NCBI GenBank assembly: GCA_025594325.1 | Contig: JANHCV010000009.1 | Coordinates: 186,001-250,000 of the forward strand | Reading direction: 5' to 3' | Length of the DNA: 64,000 bases | Origin: Blastocladiella emersonii ATCC 22665 | Taxonomy: Eukaryota > Fungi > Blastocladiomycota | Part shown: in pieces, positions 46,735 to 57,875 of the stretch | Numbering within the stretch: the first letter of the stretch is position 1 | Layout: the number at the start of each line of letters is the position of its first letter | The notes under the pieces: model-generated | Database searches by the model: none | What the model saw: the letters and a program-made list of their open reading frames with translations, nothing else | What the model was told of the DNA's origin: nothing | Translations under genes and position numbers: made by a program

Positions 46735-49700
46735 ATGGACTCGGACATCCAGGACCTCGCGCTGACGCCCAAGCAGGAGTTCGTCCTCGTCGGCCTGCTG
46801 GGGCTCGGCTTCGACATCGTCGACGCGCGCGACGCCGTCGTCCACGGCGGCGTCGCCTCGGTCGAGCAGGGCACCGAGTGGATCATCGGGCTCAAGGAGC
46901 GGCTGCGCCGGTCTTCTTCGCCCACCGCGGCAGCGGCACCTGCGCCGGCTGCGCCGGCGCCCGTTGCACTCGCGCCCGCGAGCCCCAAGCGCAGCGCTCC
47001 CACGCCCGAGCCGGTCGCCGCCCCCGCTCCCGTTACTGCGGCATCCGCGAGCACGACGCCCGAGAAGTTGTCCCGCGTCGACTGCGAGGCCCTTGTCATC
47101 CGCGACCGCGTCGAGCAGGCCAAGCGGCACAAGAAGGCCCTGCGCGAGGTACTCCTCCCGGACTCTTTCGCGATGTTAAACCCTCACTCACGCCGATGCG
47201 CTCCCCGCTAGGACGCCGAAAACATCCGGCGCCAGATCGCCGACGACCGCCGCGCCCTCGCCGAGCGCCGCGCGCTGATGCAGCCCAACACCGCGTCGTC
47301 GTCCGCTGCTGCTGCTGCTGCCGCGTCTCCCGCTCCGGTACCCGCCACCGCTGCTGCTGCGCCCGTCACCTCCGCTGCCGCCGCCAGAATCCTGCGCATC
47401 CGCCTGCGCGGCCCGCGCGGCGAGACCGTGACGTTCGAGGCCGCCGGCGACGCCGCGGCGACTGCGACCGTCGGGCAGGTCATCCGGTTCGCCGCTGAGA
47501 AGTTCGCGCTCGATGCCGACCGCGTCGAAGCCGTGCTCCCGTTCCCGCGCCGCGTGTTCTCGATCGCGAGCGACGCGGACACGACGTGTGCGGTGGCCAG
47601 TCTTCACGGCGCGGCGCTCACGGTCCAGGGCGGGGTGCCTGTTGCTGTGGCTGCCCCCGCGCCTGCATCGGCAGCGGAGGCGCCCGCCGCAACTCCCGTT
47701 CCCGCGCCTGCGCCTGTTGTACCCGTGGAACTCGTGCATGATGCGGCCAATGGTGAGGAGGATGCGGATGACGGCGAGGAATCCGAGTACGACGGCAGCG
47801 AGTCGGACGGCGAGGACGAAGACGCCATGGACGTGGAGCCGCCCGTTCCCACCCCCGCGCCGCCTCGCCCCGTCATGTCAGCCGCGGACCGCGCCGCTGC
47901 CGCCGAAGCCGCCGCCGCCCGCATGACCGCCGCCGCAACCGCGCTCCCGGAGCCCGAGCCCATGGCAGTCGATGACGATCCCGTCGCCGAACTTGTCTAC
48001 TCGCGCGATGACGCGGTCCGCGCCATTGCGACGCGCGGCCAGGTAGCCTCGGAGCCCAGCGCCGTCGCTCCCGCGCCCGCCACGGCCCGCTCGCTCAGCA
48101 TCAAGTCGCTCGCCGAGCTGGTCGCGGAGCGCGTCGTCAAGCGCATCATGGACGCGACGGTCCCGCACGCCGAGTTCCGGCCGCTGAACCGCGCCACGAC
48201 GACGGTCGGCGACCGGCTCGCGGCGCTGCTGTTCCGGCGCGGGTGGCCGCCCAAGTACGCGCTGCAGCGGCTCGCGATCGCGGGCATCTCGACGCTGGTC
48301 GTGCCCGGGTCGCCGACCGTCACGGACGCGGCGCTCGCGACGCTCGCCACGACGACGCGCGTCGGCGCGTTCCTCACGCACCTGTCGGTCCCCGGCAGCT
48401 TCCTGACCAACGCCGTGGTCCGCACGCTCGCCTACTTCCCGCACCTCGAGCACCTCAACCTCGCGCAGGCCGAGCTCACGGACCTCAGCGCCGCCGACTG
48501 GCCGCCGCTCGACTCGCTCGCCCACCTCGACCTGTCGTCGACCAAGATCGGGCCCAACACGCTCCTGCACCTCGCCGACCAGGTGCGCGCGCTCGAGGTC
48601 CTCCGCCTGTGCAACTGCCCGCGGCTCGCCAACGGGAACGACGCGCCCGAGGTCCTCCTCGCCCTCAAGCGGTTCACGCGCCTCGCCGACCTGTCGCTCG
48701 CCGGCACCCCCGTCGCCGCGCCGCCGCGGACGATGGCGCGCATGCGCCACGTCGACACCGAGTGGGACCAGATCCAGGCGCTCGATCTCACGGGCACGGG
48801 GCTCCCAACGGCCGCCGTCGCCGGGTTGCTCGGAGTCCGCGGGCTCCCGACCCTCGTCTCGCTCGCGCTCCCCGAGGAGGCCGTCGTCAGCGAGCTCAGA
48901 CTCCTCGACAAGACGCCCGAGCTTGCCGAGCTACGGTACAGCGTCGCGCGCAACCCGCGCGTCCTCGAGCACGTCCTTGGACTCCCGCTCGCGCGCCTCG
49001 ATGCGGGGATCCTCCTCGAGTGGCGCGATGGCGCACTGGCGCCTGCCATCGCGCTGTCGTCGGCGGCGTCGACGTCGCCGGTCCCGCCCGCGCTCTTCGA
49101 GTCGCTGCAGCAGCTCACGCTCCGCCGGCACGTGTGCAAGCCGGACCCGCCGTCGCCGTCGCCCACGGCCCTCCCCGGCATCCCCATCCCGCCACCTTCC
49201 CACCGCCGCGCCGCCACCCCCGCCCCGCGCCCGAGCCCGGACACCCTGCACGTCCTGTCGCGGTGCACGCACCTGACGCACCTGACCGCATCGCGCGCGG
49301 GCCTGACGAACTCGGACCTCGCGTACCTGACGCGCACCGCGGGCCTCGCCCTCGTCGCCCTCGACGTCGCGCACTCGCGCGACATCTCGGCCGCGGGGCT
49401 CCGCGCCCTCCTCGACCCGCGCGGGCGCACACACCAGACCCTGCGCGACCTCGGCCTCGACGCGTGCCGCCGCATCCGCGACAACGCGGTCCAGGTCGTT
49501 CTCGCCGCCGCGCCCGCGATCGCGACGGTGCATGTCCGCGGGACGGGGGTCCGGAACCGCCGCGGGCGCGTTACGGCGGCGGTGCGTGCGACCGGGCGCG
49601 AGGTCGCGGTCGTTATGGATGCGAGGGCCGCGGCGAACGCGGTCGAGGTGTCGGTTGACGAGGCGCGCGCCGAGTGGGCCGAGAGCTCGGCTAGCGAGGA

Positions 49701-49872
49701 GGAGGAGGTGCCGGCGCCGGCTGCCGCGGCTGTGCATGGCGGGGATGGAGAGGAGGACGACGACGAGGACATGGATGACGATGAGGTGGACATGTGGTGG
49801 CACGGGCACCGCGGGCACCAGTGGCCGAGCGCCGGCGGGAACCGCCTTGGCGAGCTCGGCGAGGACGAGTGA
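46735..49872 (+). CDS. UBA-like + coiled coil + UBX-like + LRR protein; join(46735..47148,47212..49872)
   Basis: LLGLGF...A..A...EWI is UBA-like. LRIRLRG...PFPRRVF is UBX-like. Multiple LxxLxLS repeats follow. The 63-nt intron is in frame. Confidence 0.65.
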
Positions 49873-50821
49873 GAGCAGCAGAGCGCGCGTGTGATACACT
49901 TCCTTCCTTTTTGATCCTCCGCGGTGAGTGCCGAGCGAAGCTTGCGGGCTTCGTTGATCGTGTCCAAGACGCGTCGCGGCGGATCAGCGCGAGCATCAGG
50001 AAGTTGGTTGAGGGTAGCTTCGAGAAAGCGCACCATCATGTCCCATCCCACGAAGGTCGCTACGTTGTGTCGCTCCTCAGACACTGAACGCAGGGCGCGC
50101 GACGGTAGAACTCATCGTGACCCGATCACTCATACACGCCCGTCCGCCGCGAAACCCTTTCCACGCTGCGACACGCACTCGCCAGCGCGAGCAGCATTCG
50201 AAAACTTCAACTCCGCACGTCAGCGGTGCTCTAGGGGAGACTAAAGCGGCGAGCGCTCACACGCCGTGAGCGTGAGTAAACACTGATCACCTGCGAGTGA
50301 AGTCCCAAAGCGTCGACGGACACGGCTGGCTGGATCAAAGCGGATATCACGCGTGCGGGCGACGGCAGGTCGCTGAGCTCGCTGACCAGCTCGAGTACGG
50401 TTGGAATCGGGAGTGCAGGCTTCTTTCACTGAGCTCAATGGGCTCAGATCGATTCGAGTGCCCCGCGACGCTAAGCGGCATGATTCAGGGCGTCGGTCCT
50501 CTCCGTGAGCGCACCCACGGCTTCTGAGTATCGAACGCGTCCGGCCATCATAGCTGAAGCCGTGGAGACCTCGTCGCGCTCATGACGTAGACATCGCTCT
50601 AGGTGAGGGAGAACACCCAAAAAGACGTTCGCCTTGCTGGCACGGGATAGCGACGTAACGTGGGCGTAGCCACCCAGATTGTGCAGATGAGCTCGCGCGC
50701 AGTCATGACCCGCCAATAGATCCCCGCGAGCGTTGCTGCTACAACTCGGTCTTGACCACGAGTTCAGCCGAGCACAAACGGGCCATCACGAGCACCAGGG
50801 GCTACGCCAGGCCTGCGCCAG

Positions 50822-50909
50822 CTGGCGTCGAGCTGGCGTAACGGCGGCGTAACTGCGGCATCGGGCTGGCGTAACGGCGGCGTATGGGCGGCGTCGAGCT
50901 GGCGCATGG
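50822..50909. repeat. 11-bp minisatellite x8
   Basis: Units CTGGCGTCGAG, CTGGCGTAACG, GCGGCGTAACT and similar. Confidence 0.85.
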
Positions 50910-51089
50910 CGTGAGCGTGACGGCGGCCACCCAATTTCCAAGTCTGCGCGAGCCCACGACGCGTGCTTTCGTATGAGTTGATGAGGACGCGCTGGAGGCG
51001 AACAAGATCCGGTGGCAGGCGGCGTTGTGACGCGGGGTTGATGCGGGGTGTGATCGGCAACAGCCTGCACCAGGGGTGCCTGCACGCGC

Positions 51090-52407
51090 GTGTTTGTCGA
51101 GGACAAGCACCTCAGCGACAGGGCCGCCGAGGTCGAGGGCGACGACTCGAGCCTCGTCATGGACGCCGACTTCCAGGAGATGATCGACAAGGTCGTGCCA
51201 ACCACCGACGACACGACGCTCCCGTCGTTCACGCTCCGCGTCTGGATTATCGGCACCTTCTTCTGCTTCGTGATCGGCGGCACGGATCATTTTTTCTCGA
51301 TCGACTTGTTCGGGCTCTGGCGGCGCCGGAGTCGCGATCGCATCATGGTCGCGAGCACGACGCCCGCGCACCCCTCCTCGTCCATCGCTACTTTGCGACC
51401 CATGAGCAGCATCACTCACTCACATGTTTCTCTTCTCTTCCGCATCTAGCTATCAACACGGTCTTCGTTTTCCGTTCGAACACGTTCTCAGTCACCTCGT
51501 ACGTGGCCATCCTGCTGGCCTACCCTATGGGCAACTTCCTCGCGCGAGTGATGCCTTTGGTCAAGTTCTCGCTCTTCGGCTACGAAATGGACACGAACCC
51601 CGGCCCGTTCTCGATCAAGGAGCACGTCCTGGTACGGTCTACTCGCTCGCGTCGTTTCCATCGAGCAGAACCTGACGCGCTCGCCCGTCACCCCACACCT
51701 CCATCTTCGCCGGCACCGGCGCCTCGTCCATCTACGGCATCGACAACCTCGGCGTGCAGGAGATCTACTACGACCTCGACATTGGCCACTGGTGGGGCAT
51801 CGCGTTCCTGTTCTGCTCGGCCACGCTCGGTTTCGGTATCGCTGGCATGTGCCGCTCGTTCCTGATCCGCCCCAAGGCCATGATCTGGCCCTCGATCCTG
51901 CCGTCGGTCACCATGTTCATGGCGTTCCACCAGGGCGAGCTGCACTCGCAGATCGAGGCCGAGAACAAGGCCAGCGCCGCCGAGTCGGGCAACAATAAGG
52001 AGTGGTCGCAGCTCAAGAGGTTCGGCGTGTGGACCTTCTTCCCCGGCTTCATTGCCACGTCGCTCCGCTACCTCTCGGTCCTGTGCTGGATCACGCCGTC
52101 GGGCTCGCTCGGCCAGAAGCTCGGCTCGCCGACCTGGGGTCCCGGTATCCTCTCGCTCACGCTCGACTGGACCGTCGCCGGCTCGGGTCCCATGTCGATC
52201 CCCTTCTGGGTCGCCGTCAACCAGCTCCTCTCCACCATCATCTTCCTCTGGGTCCCGTCGCCGCTCGCCTGGCAGGACAACTGGTTTAACCAGCCCGCTA
52301 CCGAGATGGCCCTGAATACGACGAAACCGTTCAAGAAGGACGGGGAACCGTTTGCCGGTGCCATGATCATCGACAAGAAGACCAAAACGGTCGTCGACTC
52401 GCTCTAG
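51090..52407 (+). pseudogene. OPT oligopeptide transporter, truncated
   Basis: TDDTTLPSFTLRVW, NPGPFSIKEHVL and LIRPKAMIWPSILP motifs. First donor is GC (51280), second acceptor is AC (51695). The C-terminal half is missing. Confidence 0.8.
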
Positions 52408-52562
52408 CGAGTGGACGCGTCTGTAGCTCAGCCCCGCAAGTATCGAGCGACGAAAGTGACACGACGCGATGCACACGCAGGCAGGACAAGAACGGAAGGC
52501 GATGGTCCAACAAGACAAAATAAATAGCTAAGAAATTGAACAAATCATTCTACAAAACACCA

Positions 52563-53641
52563 TCACCGCTGATTGTCGAGCCCCATCTGCTGCATGAGCG
52601 AGCTCGCCAAATCGGTCTTTGTCACCAAATTCCCAAACCCAGAGTTCGGGTAGAGTGGGAGGAGGAGGGCGCGCTTGGACGCGGCGTTCGCCTCAAACAC
52701 CGCGAGCAGCTTCTCCTTGACGGCCGGGCCAAGTTCACGGCAAGCAACATCCGCCGCGCCAAAAGCCGTGGCGGCAGCAGGGCCGGCGAACGCAGAGCAG
52801 CAGTAGTCGAGATACTCGCGCACTGCTTCCCCAGCGCCGTCGGGAATCATGACATAGTCGGTGAGCTCGTGTCCGGGTAGCGGCCAATCCGCGGCGCTCT
52901 GAAACTCGGGCGGGATGACCAAGACGTTGGCCTCGAGAAGAGGCGTGGGCGCAAACGCCTTGTCGTGCGGCGAAAGCACTCGAAGCGCGTCCGGTAAGAT
53001 GGCGGCGATGGTCCGGCGCGAAGGCTGAAGTCGGACGAGATAGCACGATTTCGGACCGTCCAGCGTCGTTTCGAGGATGCCAGTAATCATCAATTTGAGA
53101 ATAAGCGCGTGCCACTGCGATGGGGCTTGGTCCGGCAGCGCCGCACTGCCAGGAGCGTTGCACGGTCCAGGACACGAACAGGCGAGGCCGTGTCGAGCCA
53201 GTCGTGGTTGACACAACTAGTCATCTGCGACGTCCAGTAATCAAGCACCTCCATCTTCAAGTGCGCCGAAAACCAAAGCTGCGCGACGAACGAAAGATCG
53301 GCGTCGGGATCCGTGCGGAGAGCGTGCAAGATCAAGAGCGAGCGGGCGACATGCTCGGGTCGAATATCGTTGAGCACGAACGACATGGTCGCGACCGGGC
53401 CCTTGCGCTGGGCATCGGCAAGCGTCTGCGCGACGGCGCGCAGGTCGTGGAACCCGCAGGGTACGGCATCGAGGTGATGGCCTGGCTCGCTGGCGTCGTG
53501 GTAGAGGAAGATGTCGCCGGCATAAGTGCTGCGGAACGGGTCGAGCGGCACGTCGTCGGCTTTGTCAGCGAGCCGGACCAGACACCTAAGGCGCGGCCGC
53601 GGCCGCAGTGGCATAATAGCATCAGGTGGTTGAATATTCAT
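52563..53641 (-). pseudogene. DUF4470-like gene fragment
   Basis: HDLRAVAQTL...FVLNDIRPEHVARSLLIL resembles DUF4470. Split over two frames with no clear start. Confidence 0.45.
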
Positions 53642-53861
53642 GTTTGCATGGAGTTATTTCATAGGTCTATGAGGCTTCATGGTACGAGGGGAGAGTTGCG
53701 GTCTTTCGTCCAAGACTCGAGGTGAAGAGACAACGACAGCGAAGGGTCACCTGACGCGGATCAGCGTTTCATCACGTCCGGCGTCCATCGCTGCGGCGAG
53801 AAGGCCGGCGGCGCTCCCAGTGCTTTCTCTCTCCCTTGCATGTCAACAACAACCGTCTACC

Positions 53862-55109
53862 ATGGAGCAAACTCAAAATGACTTGATGCAAGCGGCTCAG
53901 CGCCCGCTTCCGCGACTTCCTCGCGAGATCGTCGAACGAATTCTAATGCTCGCCCTGTTCGACTGCGACTGCGAAACCATCAGCTCTTGCGAAGACGTGT
54001 TGCACCTACTTCAAGTTGTGCCCTGGCTCTCAGGCGTTCGCCACTTTCTTCTCGAGGACCCGCGCGGCGAGGCCATTCGGGACGCCGCGCTGCTTCCCGC
54101 AAACGAGGAACTCCGCGACATGCTCTTGCAGCGGTTCGGGAAACCTCCAGCCATGGACGACTTTGCGGCGTCGGATCTTTACGTCAAGCTCGCCTCGATT
54201 GCCGGCTACACTGACATGCTCAGCAACTGGTACGGCCACGGCTCTAGCTGCATCATGGGCGCAACTGCCTACGACGCCTTTGATCTCGCAGTCGCTGCTG
54301 GGCAAGTCGATTCGCTCGATTGGTGGGCTTCTCGAAAGATCGAAGTCGTCAACTTTTCCCACACATTCGACCTTGCGGTTGATAACGATAGCGACGCATC
54401 CATCGCCTGGGTCCTGGACAACTATGACGCCGGCAGCGACGACGAGTTCGAGAATTACGATAGCGATGACGATAGCGACGATGATAGCGATGACGATGCT
54501 TTTGACGGACCGGTATCGAGCGAAACCAAGCTCAAACGGTTCATCCGCGCCAAGTCAGACGGTCTCGCTCAAGATGCCGTCGAGCGCGGCCTCGTGAACG
54601 TCCTCGACTGCCTTCCTCTTGACCACATCGATCGCTTTGCCGACTGGGCGCACGAAATTGATTGGGAGCAGGTCATCTTCAACGAGATTAAGCTCGACCG
54701 CTCCCACCTGCTCGAGTGGATGGCCGGCCCTCCTCGCGCATTCTACGGCCGACGCAATGACGCGGGCGACTTTGTCGAGACACGCAAGATTACTATTACG
54801 CCCTTCTGCGACCTGGAGGCCAAAAACATCTCGCTACTCGATTTGGCCACCAAGCACGGCGCAATCGGCTGCCTCAAGTGGCTCGAAGAACATCAGCAGT
54901 GGCAGCTGCGCTGCGGCGAAAACTCGTCGCTCCCCGGCTCCACCAGCTTCAAGATCCAGCCCATCATCCAGGCCGCGCGAGACGGGCATGCCGAGATCCT
55001 GAATTGGTGGGTGAACTCGGGCCGGCTCAGCGACAGGCAGATTGAAGATGCCATTGATACGCTCAAGATCACGTCCGGTGACATAACTGAGCTGAGCCAT
55101 ATTGTCTAA
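53862..55109 (+). CDS. F-box-like + ankyrin-like repeat protein (415 aa)
   Basis: LPRLPREIVERIL start; repeats GQVDSLDWW, GAIGCLKWL and GHAEILNWW; acidic insert. Confidence 0.65.
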   Translation: MEQTQNDLMQAAQRPLPRLPREIVERILMLALFDCDCETISSCEDVLHLLQVVPWLSGVRHFLLEDPRGEAIRDAALLPANEELRDMLLQRFGKPPAMDDFAASDLYVKLASIAGYTDMLSNWYGHGSSCIMGATAYDAFDLAVAAGQVDSLDWWASRKIEVVNFSHTFDLAVDNDSDASIAWVLDNYDAGSDDEFENYDSDDDSDDDSDDDAFDGPVSSETKLKRFIRAKSDGLAQDAVERGLVNVLDCLPLDHIDRFADWAHEIDWEQVIFNEIKLDRSHLLEWMAGPPRAFYGRRNDAGDFVETRKITITPFCDLEAKNISLLDLATKHGAIGCLKWLEEHQQWQLRCGENSSLPGSTSFKIQPIIQAARDGHAEILNWWVNSGRLSDRQIEDAIDTLKITSGDITELSHIV

Positions 55110-55440
55110 ACAAACTTGGGCTCGCGCTGAATATAATCTGATCTCACACTTACACGAATGCCCCTGCGAAGCTGGAGTAACCAACTAATTGCAGGGTCGG
55201 GACAGCTCTGAACGCGTGTCGCATAACGTCGCGATGCAGCGCATCCTTTCCGCAACAAGCAAGGCCGCAGCGGACGCGTCAAATAATCACGTGTTAGCTG
55301 TCTCACGCGCGAGACACGCGCTTAGACAGACGGAAACTCCAACTGTTTCACTCACAGCCAGAGAACAAAGGTCAAGAGCTGAGGTCATGTTCGCTCTGTT
55401 GTCAGAATAACAAGCATATATATTCATCAGCAGTTCGCGC

Positions 55441-55810
55441 TCAACTGACATGGCGCGTCGCCCGACCGGAAGCAAGAATCGCGCCGATGCCCGCTTTCTT
55501 CACGCCCGTTGCGCGCAAGTTAACCTCGTACACCTTGCCCGAGAGCTGATCAGCAAGAATGTGCGCGCCCACGTCAATGATCTTGTAACTGCCCGAAAGG
55601 TCAAGCCAGGTCAACTTGGCTGGAATAACAGGCGCCAGGTAGCCGATTGCCTCGTCATTGAGTTCAGCGTCCACGAGACACAGTGTCTCGAGCGCTGGTG
55701 GCGTGTGTTTCGCGAGCATCAGTGCGTCTTTGGGCTCGCAGACGAGGGACTGGAGCACCAGAACGTGCAGTGAGCACGGAAGTTATGGGTTCAGGGCGCC
55801 CCAATATGCG
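55441..55810 (-). pseudogene. LRR gene 3' fragment, paralog of the 27819..28646 region
   Basis: EAIGYLAPVIPAK...GAHILADQLSGKVYEVNLRATGVKKAG aligns with DAIQYLAPAIPAK...GARLLAQHLRCKAYEIHLRGTSVTKAG. Confidence 0.75.
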
Positions 55811-57570
55811 TCCTTGACGCCGTCGAGCGCACCCGTGGGCACGACGCGCCAAAAAGCAAGCGGAAGGGGTATGTCAGGCTCGAGGGCGTCGCCAAGTGCC
55901 TCGAGCAAGGCGTCCGGATCGGTGCAGAAAAGGAGTCGAACAAGATCGCGGTGTGGATGCGCCAGCGTGTCGCACGCGGTCAGACACGAGGCCTTCGATT
56001 TCTCGGCTGAATTCTTTCGCTGCGGTCCCACGTGCGAAAGATTGTCAACCGAAGCAAGAAAGCGCAATGGCTCCTTCCAAGCAACGACAGGAATGCGCTG
56101 GATGCGCCGTGGTTTGAGGAACAGGAGCTCGCCAACAGTCTCGAGCCATGCGTGCTGCCGAGTGATCGTGCACTCGCCGCAGGACCTCCTGTGAGGCAGC
56201 GCGAGTGAAAAGACGTGATGGCCGGCGCGGTCGGTCGCCTGAGCGCGGATCATGGCGCCGAGAAGCAAGTGGGCGGTGCCGCTATTTGTGATCAATGTGA
56301 TGGCGTCGTCGCGAAGCGCCGGGCCCTGCATTACGGCAACGACGGCCCGAGCAACTTCAGCACAAATCAGGCTTGCAGGTGGACGACGGTCGCATTCGCG
56401 AGAAGGAACAGATCCCAGAGTCCTGTCTTGCGCTCGCTCGAGAAGACCGCCGACATGATCCTCCTCGAGTTAGGCTTGAGGTGAAGGCCGCGGCCTTTGG
56501 AGCCGTGCTGCAAGAGCGCGTCGCGCAGGACCGAGGCAGAGGCGTGATAGAGCTCGGCTACAACTAATTCGCTCTTACGCCGTGCAAGTTCGAGGATTGA
56601 TTGCGGACAACATTGTCCATCACTAGAGTCGAGTGAGAGTCGGAACGCTACAGGGAGCAGGGCGTTTAGAAGGATATGAGCAGGTAGAGCGCAAGACATG
56701 ACAACAAACCTTGCAGCACGGCGCCCACGAATCGACCGCCCAGGCATTTCGCGACCAGGGTGGCGACAGATCCCGTCGGCCCGCCGCCCTTGTCGCTCAA
56801 CGCAAAGTTGAACGCAATGCCCCAATCCGAGTCGTTAAGCAGGTTTTGGTTGTGCAGTAAGACGAGGATGTCGGCGTTGGTCGCAAACGGGCGACCACCG
56901 AATTCGCTGCTAAAGAGACCACGCTTGCTTCGCGCAACCAAACTATCCGAGTCCTGGAAACGCTTCGCCAACTCGCGGAGGAGCGTAGGGCGTCGAACAA
57001 GGCGGGTGAAGAGAGGCAAGTTCTCGAAAAGTTGCGGAGGGTCCAGTCGACTGAGAACGAAAAAGATGAGCTGGCAGAGTGCCTCGACTGAGGAGGTGCT
57101 GCACCGGTGGTGACGGTTGGCAACGATCGATCGCTCGAGGGCCAAGGCCCACTTCGTGGTGATAGACTTGCAGCTTCGCAGGGTACTCGAAGTCACAGGA
57201 AGAATCCGCTCAAAGAGAGCGGAGCAAAGGGATACGAGAAGGTGGTGTCTCGCATCATCGGGCAACAGCCAAGCAACCTTGGCGGCATACCAGTATTCGA
57301 GGAGCGCCCGCTGCCCGAGGTGAGAACGTGATTGCCGTCGGTGTAATCGTCCAGCCAGCTTACAGGGGGAACTCGATTGAGAGCATCGCGAACCCACGTG
57401 GCGCTGACGGGAGAATCCAGCGAAGCCGCGTGCAACTCTTGCGCAGCAGAAGCGATGGTGGACCGAGGTCTCGCGAGCCGCAGTACGCGAATCAAGAGTT
57501 CAACAGGGAGCGTGGCGAGATTCATCCGTTCGTTCAGTTGCAGAGAGTTAGGTTCATTGGTTTCATTCAT
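55783..57570 (-). pseudogene. Family A paralog A4
   Basis: Conserved phase-1 intron 56648..56709. One-base losses at ~57308 and ~56373, a ~130-codon in-frame deletion relative to A5, and a 3' end replaced by the LRR fragment. Confidence 0.8.
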
Positions 57571-57875
57571 GGTGACTGGTGGTTGCGGAGGCGAAGTGAG
57601 GGCGAAGAGGCGGCTGCGTTTGGCGCCATGGGAACGGCGAGTGCGCACGCCGTCACGCGTGTGGCGCAACGCGAACCCAAGCCGCTCCTGCCCGCTACGA
57701 CCATGCAGGAAGTCACAGGTACCGTGCCTACGGGTCAAACCTGCATTTTCACTCGTTTTGTACCTCATGGTTGGTCATAGAACGTCTGGCAACTGTATCA
57801 ATCGGTCCTCCAAATCCTGTACTTTCGCGACGACCAAAACCCCTGACCCCGTTGAACGGTGACCACCCCATCAGC

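Noticed and set aside
51280-51281. GC-AG non-canonical intron in the OPT gene
   Set aside because: The gene also has a dead acceptor and is truncated, so a T>C decay of GTACGG is equally likely.
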